Of a DNA stretch of 64,000 nt, positions 51,901 through 64,000 are shown one piece after another; position 1 is the first letter of the stretch; each line of letters starts with the position of its first letter. The position numbers and the translations under genes were made by a program. The stretch comes from Chrysomallon squamiferum (lineage: Eukaryota > Animalia > Mollusca), in the NCBI GenBank assembly GCA_012295275.1, contig CM022670.1, positions 40,362,001 to 40,426,000 on the forward strand. The letters are read 5' to 3'. Under the pieces are notes generated by a model that saw only the letters and a list, made by a program, of their open reading frames with translations, was not told where the DNA came from and ran no database searches.

Positions 51901-52978
51901 TGTATGTAACACTTTGAACTGTAATATTTTTTTAGATGTACAGCACTCAGGTTACTACAAATATAACAGTTTCTAATTTTTCTTAAGATGCAAATAGTAA
52001 AACAAAAGCTTATTTTTTATTCTTGATAGAACACATTTGCAGAAACAATTCATACACTCTGTGTACCAACTAATAATAATAATAATAATAAAAATAATAA
52101 TCTGATATATCTATACATACGACATACATTCAGAATATTTGTAATATTGCTCCATTCAAGGTATTTGATAAATTGCCAGATAAATGGATCCATATTTATA
52201 AAAAAAAGGTATAAATTGGGCATTGACAACCTTTTCTGAGAAGTGGGTTGCATGAAATCATGGCTCATCATCAGCAGAGCCACACTACAAATAACAGTAT
52301 TTTCCTCATGAATTTAGCCGTTTAGGGTCAATATTTGCTTATGATTGATACGAATTAATATTTACAAGTAGCACTTATATCTGTCATAGCTCTATTATGA
52401 TGTACTATTACATTTTCAAAGACTGTGATAAACTTAGTTTTCAAACATTGAAGAAAGTGAATAACAACAGTTAAAAACCCACATACATCTACTTTGTTAA
52501 TTCCAAGTGCTGCCAGCAGTTTTAAAAATTATAAATGAAAACATTCATGTTTGTTTTATATCTAATTTTATGCAGCTTTAGTTGTTCTGTATTTTATATA
52601 ATGTTTGTTTCACATTTTTGTCAATATGGATCATGAACTTGAAATCAGAAAATTGAATGTTAACAATACTGAAACAAAATTTTAAAAAATCAAATTATAA
52701 AAATCAAAAAAATCAAAAGGCTTCATATAAGAAGGAAACAAAATACACAATGCTTAAAATTTTCATTAATGTTAACAACATCACAGTTAACAGCAAATAA
52801 ATAAAATCAGTGCATTGGTGCAGTTCATTCATTCATTACAACTGGAATGGTCAGGTTATGACAAAGATTACAATCACATACACATTTTGTAATTTTAATT
52901 TGTTTCCTTCATGTCAATAAACAGCAGATGGAGAACACAGAAATAACTGTCAGGAATATCTTATGAGATAACAACATA

Positions 52979-53118
52979 GTTAACTGTCACAATATCTTTT
53001 CAGTTAACTGTTACACTATCTTTTCAGTTAACTGTCACAATATCTTTTCAGTTAACTGACACAATATCTTTTCAGTTAACTGTCACAATATCTTTTCAGT
53101 TAACTGTCACAATATCTT
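52979..53118. repeat. 24-bp minisatellite GTTAACTGTCACAATATCTTTTCA x about 6, downstream of the GAK stop (probable 3' UTR)
   Basis: Unit starts at 52979, 53003, 53027, 53051, 53075, 53099. Confidence 0.93.
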
Positions 53119-53201
53119 CTGGAACAAACTCCATTTCACTGAAAGACAGTCTTAATGGATCAAAATTTAGTTAATCATCAAGATGTCTGAAAGGGTACTT
53201 G

Positions 53202-53464
53202 GTTAAGTGTCAGAACATCTAACAGGATCCTTAAAAAGTTAACTGTCAGAACATCAAATTGGATCATTAATCAGTTAACTGTCAGAATATCTCACTGGAT
53301 ATTAAGTCAGTTAACTGTCAGAATATCTCACTGGATATTAAGTCAGTTAACTGTCAGAATATCTCACTGGATATTAAGTCAGTTAATTGTCAGAATATCT
53401 CACTGGATATTAAGTCAGTTAACAATCAGAACATTTTACTGGATAACTGGCAGTTAACTGTCAC
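53202..53464. repeat. 36-bp minisatellite GTTAACTGTCAGAATATCTCACTGGATATTAAGTCA x about 7, degenerate at the ends
   Basis: Unit starts at about 53202, 53238, 53274, 53310, 53346, 53382, 53418; shares the GTTAACTGTCA core with the neighbouring 24-bp array. Confidence 0.9.
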
Positions 53465-53646
53465 GAATGTAAGACACAATCACTAAATTCACTACAGTTT
53501 TAGTTGTTGTTGTTTTTTTTGGTCTGCAACTATTGCACATTTTAGTGTTTTAACTAAGTGTTTACCTCAGTCTACACTAAACACACTGCCAAGTTTTCAC
53601 TCTTGGCCTTTCTACATGTTGAATACTGAACACAAAGGTTTTCTAA

Positions 53647-56381
53647 TCAATACAGCGATTTCATTCCTTCATCTTCAAACACAGCCCACGCATCATTCAG
53701 TTCCATGAAGATCATTTTGGCTAACTTTTCATGAGGCGAGCCACTCAACTGAAAATACATTTGTTATTAATACGATGTTTTAGTCGAAAGGCATTACAAA
53801 TTATGTAAGGCAATAATCTCAATAGTATATTAATTATTATGATTAAAATGAGTTTCCTCAGACTTCAAATATTGATAACAAAAGTGACATACGAAACAAA
53901 ATCAGTTTAGGATATCAACGAGAGGTAATAATTTAATAAAATTAATACAGATACAAGATTCATTTACAGCACTCTTTGTCAGATTTTGATAAATAATTAA
54001 AAAATGACATATCAGTATTTTTCTTTGTTATTAAATTGGAACACTTTTCAGTCTGCTGTTAAAATCCCATCTTCAAATAGCTCTCAGTCTTTATAATCTA
54101 CATTTTACATACATGAGTGTATATACAAAATAAAAGACTTTTGCACTGCCTTCTATATAGATCCCGTTTTTAAATGACATTTTCAGATAACATCGTCAGT
54201 ATTTTTGCGATCTGATAACCTGGTTATTTAAAAAAAAATGATTCTCTTTCGACAGAAATCTCACCTTGTCTGGATGCACTGACAGAACAGCTTTCTTGTA
54301 GACTTTCTTCACTTGATCTGCGGTGACAAGCTCGTGCATCCCACACTGCTTCCATCTGTCTTCTCCCTCCCACAGAACTGTGTGCAGCGAACACAGCAGA
54401 GCTCGGATGTTCTTCTCCTTGCCTTGTATCCATTCCATCACCTTACAACAAAATAACAAACTGATACTTCGACACAGTACAATAACACACGTTGACCATA
54501 CCTTATCCAGAGTATCTTGGATCAGCAAGTGTCTACAAATTTTGAATTTTTTTTATTTATTTAGGTATATAAGGAGACAACCTAAGAATGGGATCCAACT
54601 CTAAATAATTTTATTCATATCCTATACACACAGGATGCAGACAATTTCTATGTAATATTTTAAGCAATTTAGTGATGAAATAAAGTGTTTGTGCACAAAA
54701 GCTTCTGAAAACTCTAAGATCCTCAACCTATGTATTTACAAAACTATGAACTGTAAAAGAAATTTTCATTTTCATTTTTCTGTACAGTTATGATCACCAG
54801 CAACAAATAGAAATACTGCAACAGATATAACAAGGAGGAATGATCCTCAAAAAAAATGCAACAATTATATTTAACCTAACATTTTAAAACAATTTTAAAA
54901 ATTAAAAATTAAATTATTATATGTTTTCTAAATTCAAAATGTACAGATACAGTAAAAAAAATGTATGAATTTTCTGATGGTGAAAAGTATCATTATATTT
55001 CAAGTTCAAAGATTATTTTAATTTAATAATGAGCCAGTTTTACCTTCAGTTTGTCAGGGTCCATTTCCTGGACCATCTGCTGTTTTCTCATGCTGGCTAT
55101 TGTCTTTGGTTCGTCCTTCTTGTTTGAAAACGTGTGGTTGCCAAGCAGATCTTCAAACGTGTTTTCATCCAGCTTTTGAGGTACTGGCCCTGAAAACATA
55201 TTATCATATTTTTAGCAACAACAACAACGCTGACAAAACTGATGACAAAATATTTATTACGATAATAATATTTATTATGATGATAATAATGAATGATGAT
55301 GATGTTAAAGCACACAACAACCACTCTAGGTCTAGGTTAATTTTTCAGTTTTATTGTATTCGCAACCAATCTCCTTTTCTACTTGAATGTTATACCCACA
55401 TGAATGATGTGGTATTAACGAGATTATATAATTATAGATTTTTAAACTTACCAAAACCTTTCCTGTTTCCGCGGTCATCTCGACCGCCGATGACACTGGG
55501 ACCGATGTTGTAGTTGGGTTTCTGGAACTGCTGTGGAGTTGGTTGTTTGTGAGGAGAGCCATGTGATGGTGAAGCTTGTGATGATCGAGGTGTCTGGAAA
55601 TTTGTCTGGGCTGAAAGTTAAACAAAAAAAAACAATAGCATTTTATTAATTATAAAGTCTTACAAAATTTTAATAAATAAGACTCACATATGTATGTATC
55701 TGAATGTGTAGTCAAAATTTATTAATGAACTGTTAGTAACTGCACTTGATTTATGTTAAAACTGTAATCTCTAATAATATAAAAAAAAAAAACAATTGTG
55801 GAGTATTTGTGTACTAGCTCTGATATCAACTCACTATTTTTGTTGTTGTATGAAATATAAAAATATTGATCTTACTGCAGACGTCACAAGTTTTATCAAT
55901 TTGATTTCGTTTATTTGTATAATTATTGGAATCACCATTCATATGGATGTATGTGTGTGTGTAAAATAGGTTGTTCTGTTTTGCAGTATTTCTTCTCTTA
56001 CCTGCTCCAAAAGGAGGCTGTGTTTTCTGTTGTGGAGGTTGTGGTTTTGTTCCTGAAAATTTTGAAGTGTTGAAATGACCACTGAAACTGCTGCTGCTTT
56101 TCATGCCAGCAAGCGTTCCTGCAACACAAAATTAAACACCTGTAAAATGCATTGTTACTTCATAACTAGACTTTAGAACCCAGCCTGTGTGGACAGATTA
56201 CTTATAAACATATTCTGTTCTGAATTAACTGAAAAAACACTTCTCAATCTTGTTTAGTACTGAATATGTATCAATAATACTAAAAACATTCTATAAAGAA
56301 GAAGATATTTAATTCTAAAAGACTTTCCTAAAGAGACTCTCTTTGCATGTATGGGTGTCTATATATACATCTAATTTGGTT

Positions 56382-56464
<83 letters not shown>

Positions 56465-59400
56465 ATCACTGAATGTTTTATATAATATATTTAGCAAAAT
56501 TGATTAATCTAAAATAATACCCATAAGAATCCTTCGGCACAGAAACTTACCAAGATCTCCAAATGGATCTGCTTTGGGAACTGGTCCAATACCAGAATCG
56601 TTGTGAGCTCTCTTTGGTTGTAGCGTGGGAGAGTGAAATCCTTGGACAGATGGCTGACTGACATTGCTGCTCAGTGACGAAGCACTGCTGCTTTTGTGAA
56701 TGTTTCCAATACCAACATTCAGTCCTCCAATGTTAGGAATGTTAGTTTTCAGAGCACTACTTTCCAGAATGTTCTCTGAATCCCAGGAACCCATCAAACT
56801 CTCGTCCTTTGGTGCAGGCTGGCTCTCAAGAAACTGCAGAAAAGGGTCTTCGGAAGTGTCCTTCGTTTCTGATGTTTTGCTGATGTTGTTGCTGAATGGA
56901 TCAAAGTTTGCAGGTTGACTAGGAGGTTCGGAAGATTTCTGAGACACTATATCGTTGAATGGATCAAACCCAAAGTCGTTAGTTGTCTTTATTTCTGGAA
57001 CAGGGACGTCATTGCTCAGAAGATCAAAGTTGGTGGCGGTGTCACCTATGTTAAGCAGGTCAATCTGTTCAGTGAGGTTCTGGGCTGGGGTTTCTGTTGT
57101 GTTCATGTTCAGCAGATCCACTGCATCCTGTGTTGGCTGCTGAGAGGATGTTTCGAAGTTGGAATTCAGCAGATCTACAGGCTGTTGTTGTTGTTGTTGC
57201 TGCTGCTGCTGCTGTTGATGTACATGGGTTTCAAATTCGCCAAAGATGGCAGATGATTCAGCCTGTTTGGTTGTTTCTTGATTGCTGTTTTCATGAACAT
57301 TAGTGTGAATTCTTTCACTGGAGAGAGATGCGAAATCATCTTCGTCGTTACTGACATTGAGTAATCCTCTCACATCTTCTGACAGCTTCTCCGGACTGCC
57401 TGATTCTGCTCCATTTGAGACATTATTTTCCTGCTGCCATTCCAGCGTGTCGAAAAAGGTACTGTTTCCAACATTGCATTCTGTGGGCAATTTGTCGCCG
57501 TTCTGCTGTTTTTCTGAATTGGTTTCGCGCTTGGTTTCCTGTGCGACTGGCTGGTGTTGTGGACTTTCTGCAGACTGGTCTGAATTCACGCTGCAAGTAC
57601 GACTAAGACGTGTTTTAGCTCTCTCCGATATACCTAGACAACAAAGATTAAAGTTATAACAGTGTCCAGCTGTATTAGGCACATAAAAACATTAAAAATG
57701 ACAAGGTAAAAGAATTTTAAAAAGTATATAGTTATCAGATATCCCATACAAACAAAAAACTTTAAAATAATAATAATAAATAAATAAATAAATAAATAAA
57801 TACAAAATTAAAAATTAATACAAAAAACATTTAAAATAACCTGTTAAAAGAAAGAAAGAAATAACATATTTTGCCTCAATCATGACACAGATAACCTGAG
57901 GCAAAAGGTTGCGAAATGAAGAAATCCCCAATGTACACAACATGAAACAACTGCTGAACAGAAATTAATTGAGACTCCTCTCACCATATTCAGTGAAGAC
58001 TTCGTGGATCTCCTCCTTGCTGGAGAACAGCAGTTTTGGTGTCAGTTTTTCTGTGTTGAACTTCATCCAAGGATAGTGTTTGTTTGTCTGTGGCCTTTCC
58101 TTTCCTAGAGTGAAGTCCAGACCAACACTGAACAAATCAGGGTATTTCTCAGGTGTATCCAGCTGATCAAGATCATACCTCAAATAATAATAATAAAAAT
58201 GATAATAACAAATCTAACAACAAAATCAACAGTCATCAATAATACCAGCAGCAAGAATAACAGCAACAATAATATCAATATAATAAAATCAAAAATTAAT
58301 ACCAGTAACTAATAATAATATTGAGAACATTCTTGTTCTTAATTTCTGGTCCGAAATTTTACAATAACGTAATTGAAATATGAAAATAATACACCATTTC
58401 TATACTGTACGGTCTTGTAAATTATATTGTAGTGAAACAGAAAATTGAATTAAAAATAATACTGTGATAATAATCTACATACTGTGTGAACTTTATTGTT
58501 TTTGTTTCTGGACTGATGAACCCTGTGTGGAACTGAACCTGGAACATCTTCATTGATGTTATCTGAAAATATCAATTTCTTGTTTTTAAAAATATACTCA
58601 CATAAGTAAAATATAGATATATAAAGACTGAATGTAAGTCTGTTATAAAGATATAAAGTGTGAATGTGACATTTCATAATGCACAAAATTATGAAATAAA
58701 TGAGGATTAAATTAATATTAAACAATAAGAACCAAATAAAAACACATCTGATTCTAAAATAACGAAGACTGAGAATACTGTTTTGTTGCACCTATGTAAA
58801 ACGAAAGGAAATAACAGATTATGAAATACAAATGAATTACATGTTTAACAGTATGTTTTCTTCTAATATGTTAATATACACAACAAAAGCAAAAATGTTT
58901 TTCTGCATAAATAATTTAAATACTTCTCCTCCTGAAAATAACAGATTCACAGATTTCTTGGCTAAAGACATGTTTGATTAAGTTTACTTACTTTTCCTTG
59001 TATCTTTCCTCCAAATGTAGACCTCGCATGATAAACCACAATAGTGACATCACCAGTCACAAGTGTGTTCAGAGAAATAGTCACTTTGTTATCATTGATA
59101 GTAAACTGTCTGCAATACACATAATAATCAAATAATAACAATAAGAACAACAATGAAAGAAACAATAATAGTAACAACAACAGTATTAAATACAAAAAGT
59201 TAATGTCTTAACTAACTAAACGGTAAATAAAACATGATTATTAATTTTTCCTTTTTATAATTATTAAAAAATATTAAAACAAAGACATAAATAAATAAAA
59301 ATAAAATAAAAAAGATATATATTAAGATCTGATATTACCTGTTTTGTATTAGTGCATGTAAATTAATAAAACCATGTTTTAATGAATTATTTCAGTGGAT

Positions 59401-62400
59401 TATTAACTTCTGATTAAACATACATAAATAGAGTGAACTGCCACAAACAAACAAAAACAAATATTAAGACTTTGCTATTAGAAAATTTACTTCATCTTTT
59501 CATATTCCTGAGTTGTGCTTAGAACTCTTTCTTCTTCAACAAACACTTCAACAAAAGGAGTACATCCATTCCTGAAAGAGACAGATAGTTCACATTAGCA
59601 AGCAGCAAAAATGTTACTTTTTTTCTTCCATTTAATAAATATGACCCTTTAAAATATCCATAACATAAATAGGGATAATCAATTTACTTGCTATAATGTA
59701 AGAAAATAATTCTGTACATATATTTTGTTTTTTATACATAAACTAAAATTTGCTACAGTATTAAAATTTTAATGAAGCATAAAAAAACAGCTTTCATAAA
59801 ATAAAACTTTTAAACACATCTTACAAGCAATGTAGTCTTATAAAACCATTTTTAATATAAAATACATTGCTAAAAAATAATCTTGACCCTAGATTCAGTG
59901 ACCAAATAAAAAAGATAAAAAAAAAAAAAAATAAAACAAGCAAATGAATATCTTGTATTAATGGGTTTTTTTCCAAAAACGAATGAGAATACTAGTAATA
60001 AGAAATTATTGTAAAATTGTACTCACTTCATTTTATTAAACATGGGAACAGGATACATGATGAGGGATGACAACATCACAGGACGGGCGTGGGGAATGAT
60101 GGGTGTGTCTGCAACCATCTGACTGATGTAATTTATATACCTTTAAAAAAAAAAAGATATTTCTTTAATTAACAAATAAAAACAAATTACTTTTATTTCA
60201 ATTCAGGAAAAAATATATACTTTATTTAAAATAATAAAAGGCAAATAAAAATATTTTAAAAATTCCCCAGTTATTTGCAATCTTTATTAGATTTTAAATT
60301 TACCTTTTATTCTCAGACATTTTTTCTCTTTACTTTATTTCTCTGAAACTAAGTATTAGATTACAGACATAATTATCTCACATAGCTGAAATTTCTTTGA
60401 AAGAAAAATCTCTAAATTCAATTTCCTCAAAATAAAACAAAAATTACACAAATGTGTACTTTATTCTACATTATAAATCTTTAATGACATGAAGTTTTAA
60501 ATTACGTATATGATATATAGGGTAAAGATTCATGATGAATTGTTTTTAAAATAAAAATGTTACCTTTTCTGTGCTGGTGTGACACCTGGTGGAGAATGCC
60601 TTGCTGTTATTAAATGGATAGCTGACCCTGCATTCTCAAACAGTCGACAGAAAACCAGGAAGGCTGCTACAACTGTTGCAGAATGGGCCTTGCCATCCTG
60701 AAAAGGAAAAAATAGATATTAAAATATCATTAAAATAAAGCAGATATTAATACCCTAGCTTCCACAGTCTTCCAATGTCAATAAAGTCTTACACATAAAG
60801 AGGTTACTTTCAGAATTGCACAGATTTACTCAAATCATGTTTTAGTTACAAGCAAACAAGAATTCCATCACAGAAAAGTCTCATTTCGCTCCCAAGTTTA
60901 ATGAAATGTCTTAATTATTTTGTGAGCTGCATTAAACTTTCACATGTATCATAAATAATCACTATTTTCTAAAGGCATTTTATTTTGTTTTGTTCTGCTT
61001 TATTTTTAGAAAATATATATTATTTCCTTTATTGAAAAATAAATTATTAACCAACATATTAGACAGGGACTTGAATAGCAGTGGTCAATAGCTGGGTAAC
61101 TGTGTATTCAGGGTAACTGTGTTAGTGTAGCAATGTTTATAATTTGTCAGTAATGATAATAGAGGCTCAGATTACAGATATATAACTATTGTTATCCATT
61201 AGTTAATTGGTTCCATTATAAACTGGTAATTGTGAATTTTTCGGCACTTGTTTTCTTAGCTATTTTTCTTGCACTTGTCTCTAGCTTATAATAATGTTTT
61301 ATGGGGCAAATGGCTGATGCAAATGATTGAGATTTAATAACAGTGGCACTAGCAGCAGTAGCTTTTTGTTCAGTAATGGTGTTGGAAACTGGTATGAAAA
61401 TTTGCGAACTGCTACAGGATTTTAAAAATGTTTATCCATATTTTTCCAGTATTAGATTTTAGTGATTGATGCTAACTGAAATTATGAAAGCAGAATATTA
61501 TTTGTAAATGTATGAGGCAATATAATTTTAATAAAAATTGACTGACTAGTGTTTTGTCCACCTGAAGTTTTAAAAAAAAGACAAAAAAAACCCAACAATA
61601 TTATCCACATGGTTACAATAAACTGAAAATAAAACATATGATCAACTTCTTCTCAGAATATCCAAAATGGATACACTGACATTTTGTCCTGAAACTAAGC
61701 ATTTAAACTGTAGATACAATAAATAACTTTACAATGGCAATTTTGTTCTGGATAACACTGAAAATCACTAGGCAAGTTTACCAGCATTACTCAATTTGTA
61801 AAGATATAAGAATTTAACCATCAATATTGTCTACAGAATTAATTTTAGGTTTATTATTTCTATTCAAAATTCTGGAAACAAAATGTTCCCAGGAATATTA
61901 AATGAAATAAATACATTATTCTTACCAAGCAATGTACAATACATATATTCTTTGGATTTTGTCTCAACCACAGATGCATGTTTCTGCAGATAGCAAACAG
62001 ATTTGCAAGAGTAGGTGCTTTTCTTTGTGGCCAGCCACATTCTGAGACCTGCAATGGAATAGAATGAAAACATTTGATCAGGCTACTTCATGGTTTGGTT
62101 ATTTTCACTGTAATTAATCTCAACTTGAGTAGCAATATATTTGGAATGATAAAATAAAATGGCTGTTCACATTTGTTATGCAATTACAATTATAACAAAG
62201 GCATTTTAGACATTTGAAATACTAACAAAATAAGACTAAGAAAGGAACTCCTATAACATGTATTATTCAAAAACATTAGACTTTTAAGCCATTTTAACTT
62301 TCTTCTTTTTTCTTTCATGATGTCATTTTCAAATACTGCAACTCTGAGGCTCTCAGTATTGATTGTTTTGTTCAGTAAATTTGTAGCAGAAAGCTTTTGG

Positions 62401-63174
62401 GGATTTTGGTTACACATATCCATTTGTTTTTAACATGAAAAACTGTGAAATAAAAAAAAATAAAAAGATTATTGTAACTTACCCGGTTTTCAAATTTACT
62501 TGACTTATATGACCTCTGTGATAAATTGTACACAGCATAGCAGTTGTGATGTCGAGATTCAAGATAGGCTCTCACATCATCAATGTGATTCTTCACAGCA
62601 GATTCTACACCTTCAGCAGGGAATGACATTACTGAAAGAAAATAAATTGTTGCTCTATAGCTAATTTGTTAAATAAATTGTTGCTCTATAGCTAATTTGT
62701 TAAATAAATTGTTGCTCTATAGCTAATTTGTGAAATAAATTGTTGCTCTATAGCTAATTTGTTAAATAAATTGTTGCTCTACAGCTAATTTGTAAATAAA
62801 TTGTTGCTCTATAGCTAATTTGTAAATAAATTGTTGCTCTATAGCTAATTTGTTAAACAAATTTCAATTCTCCCATTATTATTAATGAATCTGTTTTGAC
62901 AAATATTTGTTTTTTAACCAGTGAAAGTCCTGTATTTACATATCTGAATCAATTCTGGTTTTTTCTCTATCAAGTACGTGATACCTAAAATGTGACTAGA
63001 TAGTAATGAAATAAAAACACACAGTTTAGTCAAGAAAAACAATACTTTTAATAGATTTTTAAATTTTATTACAGAGAAAGGAAACAAACCTAATATATTT
63101 ACATATAAATGAAATACTTACTTGCAATTCTTGTGGTAATATATGAGAAATCCAAATCAGTTTTGTTGATTGTC
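53647..63174 (-). CDS. GAK: Cyclin-G-associated kinase / auxilin, 3' part (PTEN-like, C2, clathrin-binding and J domains); any kinase exons would lie beyond the window
   Basis: Exons 63174-63122, 62631-62483, 62048-61926, 60697-60564, 60140-60027, 59571-59491, 59109-58992, 58562-58483, 58178-57985, 57633-56551, 56118-56002, 55610-55452, 55189-55044, 54441-54265, 53748-53647. [23 protein letters not shown]; P-loop VHCLDGKAHS; several DLL and DPF motifs; J domain [14 protein letters not shown]...VHPDK...[12 protein letters not shown]. Confidence 0.94.
57182..57217 (-). repeat. Coding CAG/CAA repeat encoding Q12 in the GAK clathrin-binding region
   Basis: (ctg/ttg)12 on the + strand; HVHQ12PVDLL in ORF 56504-57682. 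Confidence 0.95.
62640..62854. repeat. 30-31 bp tandem repeat AAATAAATTGTTGCTCTATAGCTAATTTGT(T) x7 abutting a GAK splice acceptor
   Basis: Seven near-identical units ending a few bases from the acceptor AG at 62633-62632. Confidence 0.96.
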
Positions 63175-64000
63175 CTGCAAAAAAAAGAAGAAACATTTTT
63201 ATATTTTCAAAATTTATGAGCATTCACATAAATGTTAGTGTAAAATGATACCAGTTTAAAAAATGAAATTTAATTATGATTTCTTTAACCACTGTATAAC
63301 TGGATTATTTTTTTCACCTTTCATGAACTACATAAACTATATAAAAGTAAATTCTTCAAGTTGGTACTATTATTATTATTATTATTGATTACTGAATGTT
63401 ATTTTGACCAGCTGTTCCTTAAAAATATGGCTTAACTTTAACAACTGAAGCTAGCAAAACAAACTGAGCTAAGTAACAGTATAATATTGTATTTAGTTAG
63501 GTTGTTGTTGTAAAAAAAATAAGGGATCAAAACAGAAATGATTTGTTAAGATTCCATCAGTTTTCTGGCCAGTGGAAGTAACTGATTAGTAAAAAATATT
63601 AATTTAATTTAATATATATATACATAAATTCATACTTGATAAAATCATAATTTATTACAATATTTTCATGCAGCCACTTGTTTTTCTTTTCAGAACTGGT
63701 TATCTGGTTGTGTGTTAAGTTAAATCTATGTGTGAAGCTAATCTCACACAACATATCAATGTTAATTACGCACTGTTTTCTTCTGCCAATCACTTGCATC
63801 AAGGACGCTGAATCCAGAGTTTGTGCTAAGTTGCCACTTGAGACCATTCCAAGATAAGAACAAAAATAACACTAACCAGATGTCTCACAGAAAGAAATGA
63901 GAAAAGTAAACAAAAAAAAAAAAAAAAGAAAAGAAACTGGGTGAATCATGAATGATATATTATGACTGACCCAGGCTCTGAATATCTTGTGTCTGTTCAC

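Noticed and set aside
56700-57659. Several + strand ORFs over the large GAK exon
   Set aside because: Antisense shadows of the GAK coding exon.
60680-61935. GAK PTEN-like P-loop lacks the catalytic arginine (HCLDGKAHS)
   Set aside because: Auxilin/GAK PTEN-like domains are known pseudophosphatases, so this is not novel.

Overview
AT-rich, intron-containing animal genomic DNA; an invertebrate, probably a mollusc, by inference from protein style and repeat content. I reconstructed seven spliced protein-coding genes by hand from GT-AG junctions: the 3' end of a P4HTM-like prolyl 4-hydroxylase (+), OGFOD1 (-), LSM4 (+), calcyphosin-like CAPSL (+), CENP-C (-), HAUS3 (+) and the 3' part of GAK/auxilin (-). 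OGFOD1/LSM4 and CENP-C/HAUS3 are head-to-head pairs. Highlights: (1) CENP-C carries three tandem, frame-symmetric three-exon copies of a Mif2-type N-terminal MIS12-complex-binding module, plus a duplicated EFLIND motif. (2) CAPSL has three homologous, mutually exclusive last exons, with a candidate docking-site/selector RNA pairing system, a dense UGCAUG (RBFOX) cluster and a candidate 12-nt microexon. (3) A 42-nt antisense copy of OGFOD1 exon 4 sits in intron 7 of the same gene. (4) A candidate internal first exon could give a kinase-less auxilin. Four genes each have a single-base frameshift, most likely assembly errors. No prokaryotic features, CRISPR arrays, rRNA or tRNA were recognised. 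All homologies are from recall, not database searches.
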